Positions 36,540 to 49,846 of a stretch of 64,000 nucleotides of DNA are shown here, in pieces (positions within the stretch are counted from its first letter, which is position 1; each line of letters starts with the position of its first letter). Below the pieces are notes generated by a model that saw nothing but the letters and a program-made list of their open reading frames with translations, ran no database searches and was not told where the DNA came from. Location: positions 38,068,001 through 38,132,000 of the forward strand of contig CM060731.1 of NCBI GenBank assembly GCA_030704615.1, written 5' to 3'. Both the position numbers and the translations under genes were made by a program. Source of the stretch: Takakia lepidozioides. Lineage: Eukaryota > Plantae > Bryophyta.

Positions 36540-36809
36540 AAGAAGAAAGATGGAGAAAGAAGAAATTTCCCTGAATTGTTCCAATGCCCTAACAAGAGAA
36601 GAAGAAAGAGGCCCAAACAACTAGTTGGGCATTAAGATGTTGTTCTCGCTGAGGGTAAGAAAGGCCGATACAAAAAAGGATACTAGTGTATTATGTCCAC
36701 GAGAGCCCAAAGGGCCCAAGGGACAGACGAAGAATCACACCAGAGAATGTACTCATGTTTGCAAGGAAGGATTTTATAACGTACACAGGGGCCCTGGGGA
36801 GAAGGCAGA

Positions 36810-39800
36810 GAAATGAAATGAAATGGTGCTTTATAACGTCCGCGGAAAGCTCGTAGAGCTTATGGGACAAAATGGAAGAAAACAAGAGAGAGGAACAATC
36901 CAGAAACCACAATTAATGTTCTAGCGATTGTCTAAGGGTGAAGGCCTCGTGTAGGTAGGCTGCCACACATTTTTGATCCTCATAGTGAAAGACATCAGTG
37001 AGAGTTTGGGTTCCACTAAATAAACAGTGAAATCTCCCACGGATCTCGTAGTATAGAGGGCAGTAGAAGAAGAAGTGTTCTTCAGTTTCAATTTCCTTGT
37101 TGCGCCCTATGCAAGCTGGACATAGGCGGTCCTCTCGTTGCAGGTTTTCCGATCTGCCAGTCTCTATCCGTAGGTTGTGGGAACCCACCCTGAACCGCCC
37201 CAATGCCCTCAAGAGGGAAGGAGATAAGGGTGCTGAAAGGTAATTTGGTCTCAAGATTCTATCATCGCGGAGCACCAAGAATGTCTCTCGATAGAAGTGG
37301 AGCTTTGTCGTGAGATTGGGTAGCATCCAAGTTCTCTTGACATGTAATTCCATAAGCTCTCTCCGAATGAGTCCGTTGCGGTCATGTCTGGATATGATGT
37401 CCACCTCATCTGGGTTCATTGGTAATAGGAAAGCAGTAGAAAGTCCGTTACGTTGAAATAAACTGTCCACTCGAGCATACCAGGAGTTCCTGAAACCTGC
37501 AACTTTGAGCCTCATAGATGTTGTGAGGGCCCTTGCCACTAGCCTTTTGGGTGGAAGGGCCTGCAATCTATGGAGAAAGATTGTAAGCCTGAAGAGGGCC
37601 TCAGATTGCAATGGTACACAAGCAAACTCTGCACCTAGGATTTGAGATGGAGTTGTGCTCCTGGCGCCAAGCATTGCTTGGAGAAAAGATGACTGTAATG
37701 GTTCCAAATTCTTTTCCCACCAGGAGACAGGGACACCAGGTGCCCAGAACTCACAACCATAGATGGTAGCAGGGCTGACGACGGTGTCAAACAGCCACTT
37801 TTTGGTCGGGGGGATGCCGCAGATGTATTTGCTTGCATTTGGCCTGAAGGCGGACGGAGGCCGCCTTACCTTTAGTCAATCTGTCCAAGGCAGTGGCTGC
37901 AAAGTGAAACTTGGGGGAGTGGATAACCAGACCTAGGTACCGGTATGATTTCACAATCTCAATTTCCTACTGGTTGAAGATGAATCTACGATCAGCCTGG
38001 CCATTGAAGACCATGATCTTGGTCTTGCTAAGATTGACTTGCATCCCGTAGTCTTTGCAGAACTGTTCCAAAATTTTGAGATGGCGTTGCAGAAAGACCG
38101 GGGATTGTGCCAAAAGGGCAACATCATCAGCGTAGAGGAGATCTGATTGGGTTGGTCCCCCATCCAATGGGACCCCAACCCCATGGTTTTTTGATATGTA
38201 ATTCTCCAAGGCGTCAATGTAGATCCCGAACAGGGTAGGTGAAAGGGGGCAGCCCTGTTTGACTCCAATGTTGCTGTGGATCTCGGCTGAGAATTCACCA
38301 GCGACGTTGACCATGCCAGTGACAATCTCATACATAGAAGAGATGGCACAAAGGATGTCTGGAGGGACTTCCACTCTATGGAGCCGTTGGAAGAGAAGGT
38401 CCCGAGGAACTGAATCAAAGGCTTTGTGAAAGTCCACGAAGCAAACATAGACCATTCTTTTGTCATAGCGTGCACTTTCCACCATAACTTGAAGAGTGAA
38501 GATGTGGTCAATAGTGGATCGGTTTCGACGGAAACCAGCTTGTCCCTCAGCACGAATGCGAGAGTACTCAGCCCAATCATCCAGTTCCATGGCCACTACT
38601 GCCCCAAACAATTTAGCAAGTAATGAGGGCACCATGATAGTACGATAGTTTGTCGGTGATAGCCTGTCACCGCACTTAAAAAGTGGGTGGATGATGCTCT
38701 TTGTCCACTCTGTTGGAAAGCCCCGTTGCACCACCTCATTGAAGAGGTTAGCTATAAAAGGGGCTAAAGTAGGTGTAGCATGCTTGATGAATTCACTCTG
38801 AAGTCCTGAAATGTCCACCGCTCTGCCATTTTGCAGCTTCTTGATTGCCTTACTGACATTGGCTGTAGTAAAGAGAGAGAAGTGAAGGGGTTTAGAGGTT
38901 ATAGGAGAAGGAGTTTGGGTTGGGGAATGGTACAAAGACTGTGCATACTCATGCCAGACATGAATGTCAGTGATTGGGGGGGGATCTCTATGAGGTTTAA
39001 GGAGGGACCAAAAAGATCGAGGAGAAAATCTGATTTTAGCAAGGAAAGAAGATTGCAACTTGATAGTGTAGGCTTGCTTTTTGGATCTAATGAGGGACTT
39101 ATAGTGCTTAAGAGCAAGATTAGTGGACTCTGGAGAAGAATTGGTATCAAGTAGTAAAAATTTGATGCGACGTCTAGCAGTCTTGCATTCCTCATCATAA
39201 AATGGCGCGTAACGACGAGTGGAGAAGGGTGAGGAGGTAGATGGAAGGGTGACGGGAAAGGATCGCAGGGCTGAGTCCCAAAGGGCTTGAGTAAGATGTG
39301 TAGCCTTGTCGTTAGGAGATGATAGATGTAGAATGGAAGGGAGGGTTGACGCTAGGTATGTTTCATACTCGGCATCGTGTAAGTGAGAGAAAGGGGTATT
39401 AAAGTGGATACGTGGATGTAAGGGAAGAGACGCAGAGGGGATCCTCACAGGGAGGGAGATGGAAGGAAATGCAAAGGAAAGGCAAGAGTGATCAGAATCC
39501 GGGTACCTCGTGATGTAAAAGGAGCTTATTCTATTAGGCTTGTTGGGGCTCCCCAAGATAGTCAACCACGCTTTGGCCCTTGTACGTGTGGCAAGTGAAC
39601 TGGCTAGAGGATTTGAAGTTGGTTGTTCCATCGTAAATGGATAGCCCCTGAGTTTCACAAATTTTGAGTAGATGGTGACCGTAACTTGTGATTTCGCAAG
39701 AGGAATCTGCATTTTGCCTCTCCAATTCCGTATGCGAGCGTTGGATGTGTAGAGGATCTGTGTGGTCGAAGGTGGGGGCCTGTAGTGATCCTGTACGGGC

Positions 39801-41484
39801 GTTGAAATCTCCAACCAAGAAAATGTCCGTTTGTGGGGTACGGAGACGGGCCATATCGTCTTCCAATGGAACATATGGTGAATCTGTTCGAATATGTAGG
39901 CCGCTGTGCGGAGATGCCGCCGGAGCAAAATAACATCCCGCCAGCAGGATGTTGTAGCCTTTGATGTGACACCAAATGTACCTTGCCAATGGGTCTTTGT
40001 ATGGGAAAGAGATAAGTGGGAGAAGCCAGTCAGCAAAGTAACAAGCCACACCTCCAGATCCTTTGAGACCTGTACGTGGACGAATCACTGACTGAAAGCT
40101 ATACCCGAGAATAAAAGGGGGGTCCTTTCCTTCATACGCATGAGTTTCCAAAAGAAAAAGAATATCACACTTGGAAAGAATATCTAGAAGCCCTTGAGGG
40201 TGGCTCCACAACGAGCCATTACAGTTCCATGAGCCAATGTGTAGATGTGAGCGTGCGTTGGTCTCATGGTGCCCCAACCCCTATTTAGAGCTAGAGGGGC
40301 GACGTTCGTGCTCCCGGACAATTACCCTCCCATCTCGGTACACGACATAGTGCCCTTGAGCTCGAGCTTGCTTAACCTGCAAGAGTTGCGCCCGCATGGC
40401 GTTGTATTGCAAAGGGGTGAAGTCATCGTTGAGGTACATACCCTGACCTCTGAATTGAGGCCTCTGCCTGAGGACTCTATCCCGAGCACCCTTGTCCTTG
40501 AATTTAATGAAGAGGACTTTGTGCTCTGAAGATCCTGCACGCCAAGCCCTTTCAATGCCACTCGCGCCCCGTGGGAGAGCAAGGTTTTGCTAAATAAAGC
40601 TGGTGGCAGCGTCAAGAGGGTCCCCCTCAGCAAGGCCCCCTAGGTTCCCAGTGACCCTGATGTTAAGGGCTTTGAAAGCCCGTTGTTGTTCCTCTCGCAA
40701 GGTTGCCGAGACTGTCTCCTCCAGAGAGTGAGGACTGTTGTTGGATGTGCTCCCCTTAACTATATTAGCCCAGGATGAGGCCTCTGCCTTGTGAGCTTGG
40801 AGCTCCCGAGCAATTGTAGATGTCGCAGTTTTGTGTGTTTCCAGCTCTTTGCTAAGGGATTCCACCTGCAGGTGGATGCTTGCTGTGAGGGGATCTGGGA
40901 GGCTCTTCTCTGTGAAGGTCTTCACTTCGCCTTCAAGTTTTGAAAGACGCGTATGTGTGGATTTGTCATTGAGATGTTTCGCCAGACCTTGAAGTTTGCT
41001 AGTGCACTCCTGAAGAGAGGCCCGCAAAACGTTATCCTAAACTCGCATATTCTTCTCCAAGTCTGTGTATCTGTCTGTCATGCGCTTCTGCCAATCTTTG
41101 TCCAAGGAATCCATGCGCTTTTCCCAATTTTTGTTAAGGGAAGCCATCCGCGTCTCCCAGTCTTTGTCTAGAGAAGCCAACCGCTCCTCCGAGTCATTGT
41201 CACGGGCAGCGCGCACTTGCTGCAGAATCTCCTCCGAGATGCATTTCGTTTGGAAGATGGAGATGTGGTCCCGAAGCGTTTGAACATCACCACTCCTTGT
41301 GGAGTACTGACGCAAATGAGAGGCTTGATGAGAGACAGGGGCAGGAAGAAGAAGCAGAGGGGAATCAGGTCGACGTGAGGGAGACGAGTAGTCTACCTCG
41401 TCGGCAGCCGTCCTTTGGCGTTTGGACGTCATGGAGTGGTGGGGATGGCGCTAGCGCGCCAACGCGCGAGCGCCGACGTGCTAC

Positions 41485-41552
<68 letters not shown>
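36810..41552 (-). mobile_element. Full-length, decayed non-LTR retrotransposon (LINE family A, RTE-X-like)
   Basis: ORF1 41432-40281 has a coiled coil and an L1-type C-terminus (YLNDDFTPLQ..ARAQG). ORF2 ~40277-36913 has APE motifs (SWNCNG, LLETH, GDFNARTG, VVDY, DSDH), RT motifs (QAGFR, FVDFHKAFDSV, GVKQGCPLSPTLF, LYADD) and a C-terminal RFRVGSHNLRIETGR..CPAC..ETEEHFFFYCPLY. (CATTT)n tail at 36810-36825; several frameshifts and stops. Confidence 0.92.
41489..41552. repeat. (GA)n microsatellite at LINE 5' end
   Basis: Directly visible. Confidence 0.95.
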
Positions 41553-41556
<4 letters not shown>

Positions 41557-41679
41557 AATGAGAAAGGAGCAAAGAGAGAAATGACATGAAATGACATAGA
41601 AAGAAAGAAGGAAACTATGTCCTTGGGGGAAAGGAAAGGAAAAAAAACAAACCAAAACAAAAAACGTTTTTATAGCAAA

Positions 41680-43099
41680 GAAAGAAACTTTTGCAAGGAA
41701 TCCAGAAGGCTCAGAGGGTAATGCTTCGTGTCCTTTACCCATCATACGTCAGTGTAGCGTGAGTCATGATAGCATTAGAAAGAACCAGTCCCAGATCACA
41801 TTATGCTAGGGAGTTGCAACCAAGCTGTTTTCAGCACTACTCGATCACTGAATATTTCAGCTCAAGCAACACGTGATAACATTAGAAAAAAAGAGCCAGT
41901 CCAGATCACACTATGCTAGGATGTGTCCACAAAATCATCCAGTTCATGGTTTATACAGAGAAAAAGTAGTGAGAGGGACCACAAGGGAAAACCATTCAAA
42001 TTTCATTGATGTATTGAGCACATTTCCGGGAGGAAGGCCTGCCTCACAGCCCATACATTTGGAGAACGCAACAACTCTGGACTATGGGATAGGACTTGAT
42101 ATGAAAGAGTCTTGATTTGATGCAAGTTGAGCAAGTTTTGATGAATGGGATGGGTTGCAAATCTTCTTTTCTGCAATGTTTCTACCAGAAATGCTGCCAT
42201 ATGTAAAACCAGAAAGAAAGAGAGAACTAGGTAGCAAGCTTACCAGGGTAACCTTTTAAACTAACTGATATGTCCTCCATCTCCAGAATGGCCTCACCTC
42301 GATCCCCAACCTCGTAGAGTGACACGGCCCGCCCTACTCATGCATACTCGGCCAATGCTCAATCACCAGCATCCTGTGTTGCCTTTACACACCCCCATAT
42401 TTACAGACTTGTGGCATAGGAAGTAGCTGCATTGAATATCATGAGATTCTATGGATGTCTATGATCTGAGAGGAAATTTCTCTGATAGAGTAAGCACTGG
42501 TTCATGCTTCAATCATATTTCATGCGAACCTCCTTCAGGTATTCATAGTCTGTATTACAACAAAGAGGAAGGATGTCAATTCCAAATGAGACAAAAAGGG
42601 GCAACGGGGGACCTGACTGAAGCTGCGCAAAGCTTCGGGGAAGTTACCACGGGCCTGTGCCTGCTTGCCCGTGTCCAATAGCTCCAGTGCCTCTGACACC
42701 CTTCTGGAGAGTGCATCACTTGCCTCTCTCTCTTCTTGGGATATGGGGTCATAGCCGTGCGACCGCACCGCAGCAATAGCCCCACGAATGTCCCCAGTAA
42801 ACATTTCCATTGCGTGCGACGTTGGAGTTCCCAGAATGAGACAAACCAAGGCCAAGGACGCCCCTACTAGCCATCTGCTTCTAGACAATTTGAGGTGGCA
42901 GCTGCTCTCTGCTTGGGGTGGCATTTTCCCACGCATTGGTACTGGAAAATGTAGGGGCGAGAAGGGTGTAGATTGGAAATCACAAGTGAACGACGTTCCG
43001 GCCATTGCCCGTGGTGTATATGCCCACTACACTGACGACTGATTTTCGGTCTAGGGACCAGAAATTCGGCCTTAAAGAGAGAGAGAATCGTACAGGTCA
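41680..43099 (-). pseudogene. Pseudogene copy 2 of the TPR-like gene
   Basis: Direct repeat of 2020-3430 with the same exon-3 lesion. Exon 1 is cut at 43099 by the inversion; its 5' part lies inverted at ~49470-49846. Confidence 0.85.
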
Positions 43100-46000
43100 A
43101 ATGACCCAAAAAGGGAGGATGATCCATTGAGGATGATCAGAGTTTTATACTGATGGACATGATCCAGAAGAGAAAAATTAGAGTGAGGACTGGGGAGATT
43201 TATGGAAGACACTGATATAGAAGACAAGACTAGCAAGATTAAGCAAGCAGATAGAGAGGGAGCAGGTTGACATACACATACAGATCCAGGAAAGAAAGGA
43301 GGGATCGATGAGCAAAAGAGGTTATAAGATAGGGATCGGAGTTTCATAACCGATGGAGTACGTCTTCATCCTTGGTCTCACTGCCATAGCCATGACTTGG
43401 TGATATATGAGGGAGGATGGGTAGTTTAAAATTACTTGTGGTAGACAGTATGATACAGAAGAGGATCTCGAGTAGCAGGACTGAGCAAGAGGGAGAGCAG
43501 GCTGAAATACAGAGACAGATCCAGGGACCAAAATGAGGGATGGATGAGCAAAAGAAGTAAGGTGGCCAGGAGTTGAAGTACCGATGCTTATGTGTGCCAT
43601 TACCAGGAAGGTGGTTCTCGTCCCTGGTGGGTTGGCAGCCTGAGGGCGCTGAACAATCTTCATCCGCATCCTCAGGGCTGATCTCCACAGTGGCTCTAAT
43701 TAAGCAAGTCTGGGCTTCCTCTGAATTTTCTGCCAGCAGATCTTCATCCTCAGCCTTGTACCCTGCCTTGTACTCATCATGAATGAATGCCCTCACATGA
43801 TGAACTGATATGATGAGTAGCAGTGGTGTACACCCGATGCTCACAGCTGGCGTTCTGGAAGAGGGAACCTGCTCTCGTCATTTTGTCTTCATCTGCCGAC
43901 TGATATTATAGACGGGTGAACCATAGCGTGTGAGACCCGTTCAATCATTTTTTCATCTTTCACTCTATACAGACCGGAGGCGAGAAACTGAGACAGCAGA
44001 GGAGACTAGCAGGATTGCAGAGCAAAAGTTTAATTCCTCATGGAGAGACACTAAAATTAAGAAGAGGAGAATAGCTGTGGGATTGAGCAAGCAGGCAGAG
44101 GAGAACAGACTGTGTCCATACACGTACAGATCCAGGGGACATGAAGAGGGATCGTGTGCAAAAGAGGTAGGGCTGTGAGTTCAAATTTTACCGATGGAGT
44201 GAGGCTTCGTCCTGGGGCTTAGCATTTCTCCATTCTTTACAACCCTAAACACCCCTCCCAGCAGGTATTTTTGGTGTAACCTGCTATCAACAGTAAATCG
44301 AAATCGATCGGGAGTCCCATGAATCTGAAAAAATATGAAGCCTGAAGGAAAGCATTTCTCCATTCTTTACGACTGGGAGGATTTTTCTGGTGTTCTCATA
44401 AGAATGCCCAGCCCTTGAACTCTCGTATAGGGGTAGGGCATCCTTATGAGAGCTACAAGAAAAAGCCTCCCCTGTACGTATATGTGCGATCGAGAGCCAG
44501 GAAGGTCGTTCTGTCCGGGTGGAAACCTCCTGAAGGGCTCCCCAAAATCTCAGGGCTTGGCTGCGTCGGTGTGCAGAGGAGATCCTACAAATTAACATGC
44601 ACAAAATAGAAAGATCGCTTAAGAGCGTCCTCATCTAAGCAAGCAAAAATGACTAGACCCTTCACCATCTAGAATTGCACAGGTCATCTGACTAAGGACA
44701 AAAAAACATGAGATGAACCTCATTAAACCTGGTAGCAATATGGTTACCATGGACTCCTAGCATTAAACAGAAAGATACAGCCAACTAAGCCAGAGGATGT
44801 TTGTTAGTATAGAATGTCCCTCTAATCTTCCTGAAGTCTATTCATGAAAATGAATAGTCCTGACACTGATGTTATCTTGAAGAATATAGTGTTGCTCGCC
44901 TAATCCATGTGGCCTTAATCACGTCCCCGGTCATTATTTTAGGTACAGGAGGGAATCTGAGCAAGTGTAGAGCTAGTTAATTCAAACCATTATCACCTCC
45001 GCACAAGTTCCCACCACACTTACCACATCAGGTCTGTCCGGTGCAATCCATGATCCCTGAAACTCATTAGCCACATGGGGCTTTGTCAGCAGCTATCTGT
45101 TCTGGTGCTGGGGCAGGTGCACTTTGAGGATCTTGCAGTCACCCCACCACCCATCTTACTCCAAAAACAAAACAGTTCATGACATTTTGTATCAAATGAG
45201 CATGCTACATGTACAGTGAGGATAGAGGTCATTCCTTGAAAACCGGACTGTAGAAGCATCCAATAGCTCAAATTCAACCTCTTCCATTCTGTCCCATAAG
45301 CTCTATGAGCTTTTTCCGCGGACGTTATAAAGCACCATTTTATTTCATTTCATCTCTTTGCTTCCAACAGCAATTTTAGTGTTGACCAGTCTCAATGGAT
45401 TTCTTTGCAGCAAGTTACAACTGAGCAGCAACTAAGAGATCCATTGAAAATAACGCAAAATTTGCAGTTGGAAGTTTGCAGGTCTGATCATTCATTGAAC
45501 GCAAGGTCCATCAACAAGGCAAGCATTTACGGTCATGGAGGAGTGTGCTTCGTCTGCTCTTTGCTTCCAAAACTGCAAATTTTGGTTTCATCTGATCTGT
45601 GGACCTTTTTGGAAGTTGCTTTTGCAGGTCTGATCATTGACTGAACCGTACAGCCATGATCAACAAGGCAAGCATACGGTCCTCAAAACTATACGACCAG
45701 CTCCTCTCCCATAAGCCAAGCTAAAGAGGCTTAATTACCTGAGCAATTAATGTCCCCCCTTTTCGTGCCTCTGCATCGTAGTCCTCACTGTCTCATTTAG
45801 CCTTCTCCCTTCTTCCTCGAGTCAAGAGCCAGAGGAGCTCGTCATACAGGCTGCCCCTGTATCAGAGATGTATCACTGACTGAGCGCCCCTGCATCAACA
45901 GCCGCTCACTGCGTAACGGAGCATTATCCCAAGGTTCTTCCTTGAGATCAAATAGCGAAAAGAGCTGGTCATGGTGACTGAAGTCATGAGACACCTGGTG

Positions 46001-49000
46001 GAACCCTGCTCCTCCCTTCTCCGCTCCCTCTCTTATACCCCTCCCCCCTGTCCCTGGATGGGAGCAGACAAGGCACTGACTACAGAAACTTTCCAGGCAG
46101 AAAGTTTCTGGAAGTTCCTATCCGCGCTGGATAAACATCTGCTCAATCTGCTCAAATCAAATCATGGTTCCACTAGGCTGTCATGTGGTGGAACATCCCT
46201 GCCTACCTGGCCCCATTTCAACCCTAGATGATATCTCATCGAAGGGACAAGAACGTGTTCCACAAATCGGCCTATGGCAAAATTCTGGACAAGGGTTCCA
46301 TGCTCCTGCCCCTAGTGCGATCCACTAGTGGGTAAATTCTGCTTCAAAATGCCCTAAAGATTAAACCATAAATTTATCCATGAGTGCAGATTGGCAGGCT
46401 AATTAGTGCTGATCACCGACTACCACACTGCCAAGATTGTGAAACCCTTCGGACTAATTTAGCACAGGACGTTAGTGCAATCAAAACATATTGAGATTGA
46501 AAGAGGTTCCACTACTCAGCAACTGCCTTCAGAAGTTGGACTTTACCTACAAGCAGCGTCATGCAGGGTTGACCATGAGGAAGTCATAAAAGCCTAATTT
46601 TCTTTTCCTGTAGATTAACCTTAGTTACCTCCCAAAAAGTGTGGACTTTTGCCAAGCAAGAGTAAATGTGTGGTGTCACTTGACCCCCAAGGGCTACTGC
46701 TTATGTTACTTGGAACTTAACCTCACATAAGTTAAGATGGAGATTAAGATCCACATGTGTCTTATTATAATTACATGGTTCCAAGGTTCTCTCACATAAT
46801 TTCTATATGGGTTTTGAGGCATGGTATACAACCAAATAGAAAAGATTTACCAAGTTGGTCACAAAATGGAGCAGAACAGGTAGGTTAGTAGACCCTAAAA
46901 CCTGCGCTAGATTTCCCTTGGAGTACACTACACCACACAACTTGAATTCTACCATAAACAAGCTAGAACGAATGCCGGATGATCCTGGCTTCTGAAACGA
47001 AAGGCAAGGAGCAAGGAACACATGTGCATTGTGCTAAGTTGAGGCTAAGCTCCACTATCCTTTACGTTAAACAACTGTGCTTTGGATGCAGATGTAACAA
47101 ACATCATACAACCAACAAACCAGCGCTGATGATCATGGCTCAGCAAACTAAAACAGCTTGGAAATATTAAAGTAAATGTAAATTATATCATAGATTTTGT
47201 ATTGGGACTCAGGATGCGAGCCCCATTGAATATTGGGAAGGATCCTTATTTTTCTGCACAATGAGAACAAAATTACAGTGATATAACTCTGTACGGTATA
47301 TATCTTAAGCTCATTTCAATACTTTCTCTTAAGGATATGTAATTAGTTGCTTTCACTACTGGTAAGTGAACTGCATGGTAAAGAAACAAAAACAACAACA
47401 ACAACAAAACGGTTCGATTGATCCAAGCACATCAAGCCCATTGACCAGAACCTGCAGAAACTTCGCATATGCCGATTCGATGGCTAACGTCTGGTGAGCA
47501 GCTACTGAGCCTACAACCGACAAACCAGCGCTGCTGATCGTGGCTCGGCAAAGCGAACGTCGCCATCTTGGTCGGTGTGTCTACGGAACTTGCGGCAGCT
47601 ACGACAGAGCTGTCAAAGCAGCGGTGGACACGACAGTACTCTCATCTCCCTCCCATCGACGTGTCTCATTCCTCCACCACTATTTGCACGTCTCCTTGGT
47701 TACAACACATGCATGCGGCTGCAGCGACGTATGCACGGATCAGTTAATCAACTTATTTAAAGTCAGTATGGTGAGCTGGATGTGCACAATTGTGTGCAAG
47801 TTGAAAGAGACAGAAGTGAGGTAGATGCCCAGATTGATCATGGATTTGATCGACTTGCAGCTGGTTACAACAGAACTGCTTTCAAAGCAGCGGTGGACAT
47901 GACAGTACTCTAAGCATCTCCCTCCCATCGACGTGTCTCATCCCTCCACCGCTATTTGCACGTCTCCTTGGTTACAACGAGATGCATGCGGCTGCAGCGA
48001 GGTATGCACGGATCAGTTGAATGAGACAGAAGTGAGCTAGATGTCCAAAATGGATCATAGATTTGATCAACTTGCAGCTGGTTACAACAGAGCTGCTTTC
48101 AAAGCAGCGGTCGACATGACAGTACTGTAAGAATCTCCGGCCTGTGTTTCATCTCTACACCAGTATTTGCACGTCGCCTTGGATACAACGAGATGCATGC
48201 CGCTGGAGCGACGTCAGCACAGATCAGTTCAACTTGTTTAATTTTAATATGGTGAGCTGTTACTTGTGTACATATTGAAAGAGACAGAAGTGAACTAAAT
48301 GTCTAGTGTGTGTAGATTGGAAGAAACTCTGAAAGTCTGTTTCTGGTACGTAGATGTCTCCCATTTTGGTCCAAAAGTTGCATTTTCCTTCCATATTTTC
48401 CAGATACATGTCCATTGTAATTACTGTGTGCAGATTGCGGTGAGCTAGATGTCCAGTAGTGTATCCAGTAGTGTATAGATTGGAAGGAATTGCTACGATT
48501 TGTACACATAGCCTTTGCTACCTACAACATGATATATTCACGGTGGAGCTTACTTATTGATGTGGGTACATCCCTAGATGATGTTGCCTTACCCATAAGA
48601 TACCTGCAACGAGGTGCACAATCCTTGGCGACATGAGCTGGGGTTCACTTGCTTGGTCTGGATGGAGATCACGTTGCAGTTACCCATAGTTATAACTTGC
48701 AACGAGGTGCACGATCTTTGTGCTAGGGAGTTCACTTGTTTACTCCAGAGAACATATCTCTACATGGGAATGCGTCCAATATAGATCCAATATAGATTCC
48801 TGTACAAGATGCATGAGTATAGTTTAACCAAAGCCGGGAATTATTCACTCATTTGACACAGGAAAAAGTATAATAAGCCACCAGTCGATACGGATGCTTC
48901 ATAACTGACGTTAATGGCGTTATAGTGCGCTAACTTAGTATCATTGCGCTCTCGTTGTTAACTTACCACTATCTTATTAATGTTGCAATGCTCTTGCCAG

Positions 49001-49846
49001 TGCTGAATGTCCTGCTGATGTAGTTCAGGCCTACTTGAGTGTGTGCTATTGTTGATGTGATACACCCATTCACTTTCCCCTTGTCTACTCATAACACAGA
49101 ACATAGACTGATGATCACTAATTATGACTCCCATTTGGCTCTGCCTTCATGGCCTGACCACACCGCGCATGTAGATTGGCAAGAAGTGCTGATTGCAACC
49201 ATCACCAACGTCACTACCACACTGTCTGATTAAAGGATTGAGTAGCTGACTGATTTAGCACTGGAGCACTGCAATCAAGACATGCTGGATCCATCCAGAT
49301 TGAGAGGTTTTCATCAACTCATAAGTTAATTGTAAGACATTTATGTACGTTAAGAGAAACTGTTTTATTTTTATTGTAGCGACGACCGAAGGTCGGAGAC
49401 TAGTTTAGCGGTAGAGCAGGAATAGGGTGCCATAAACGTCACGTCGCCAGGTCATCGTCGCCACGTTTCGATGGTGTTTCGGGGCTTCTTCACCATCCAT
49501 GCTCGCCTGGCCCAGCCTCCCAATCTCGATACTGTATGTTGTTATGCCCGTTCTGTGTAGCTGTTGGTGGCAGTGAAAAGCATCACACAGAAAACGCTGT
49601 TGTCAGCAATGGTTGAGTGGAGTAGTTCGAAGGAGAGTAATGGGTCATCCCAGGCACTGAGATACTACGACCTCAAGAAAAGTGGCCTTTCCATACAAAT
49701 AGACGGTGAGTCCTTCATCAGACATTCTCCCCCTCGAGACTTTACAAGAATGCCTTCAAATTTTCTGAGTTTAGCGAGTAGCAATTTGCACAAAATCATG
49801 CCATTCAAGCTCCACCCATTCCAGAAAACCTTGTCAAAATCTTGGT
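43100..49846 (-). repeat. 6.75-kb inverted segment of the tandem unit
   Basis: Reverse complement of the TPR 5' region + block C + block A. Breakpoints rejoin as GTACAGGTCA|cat|ACCAAGATTTT (cf. 3421-3444) and GGGTCATTT|gatccca|CTTTTTGTCCCTAC (cf. 907-936). Confidence 0.9.
45285..45350 (+). mobile_element. ~66-bp extreme 5'-truncated LINE family A insertion
   Basis: GTCCCATAAGCTCTATGAGCTTTTTCCGCGGACGTTATAAAGCACCATTT..CATTT is the LINE 3' end. It is absent from the paralogous site at ~7590. Confidence 0.85.

Noticed and set aside
36362-36620. ORFs with poly-(ER)/(LS) tracts (also 41297-41745)
   Set aside because: Translation artefacts of (GA)n microsatellites.
3870-49404. Blocks at 3.9-9.9 kb and 43.1-49.4 kb as even larger TIRs of one 45-kb element
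   Set aside because: The breakpoints rejoin into the ordinary tandem unit, so this is an inversion inside a direct array, not terminal repeats.
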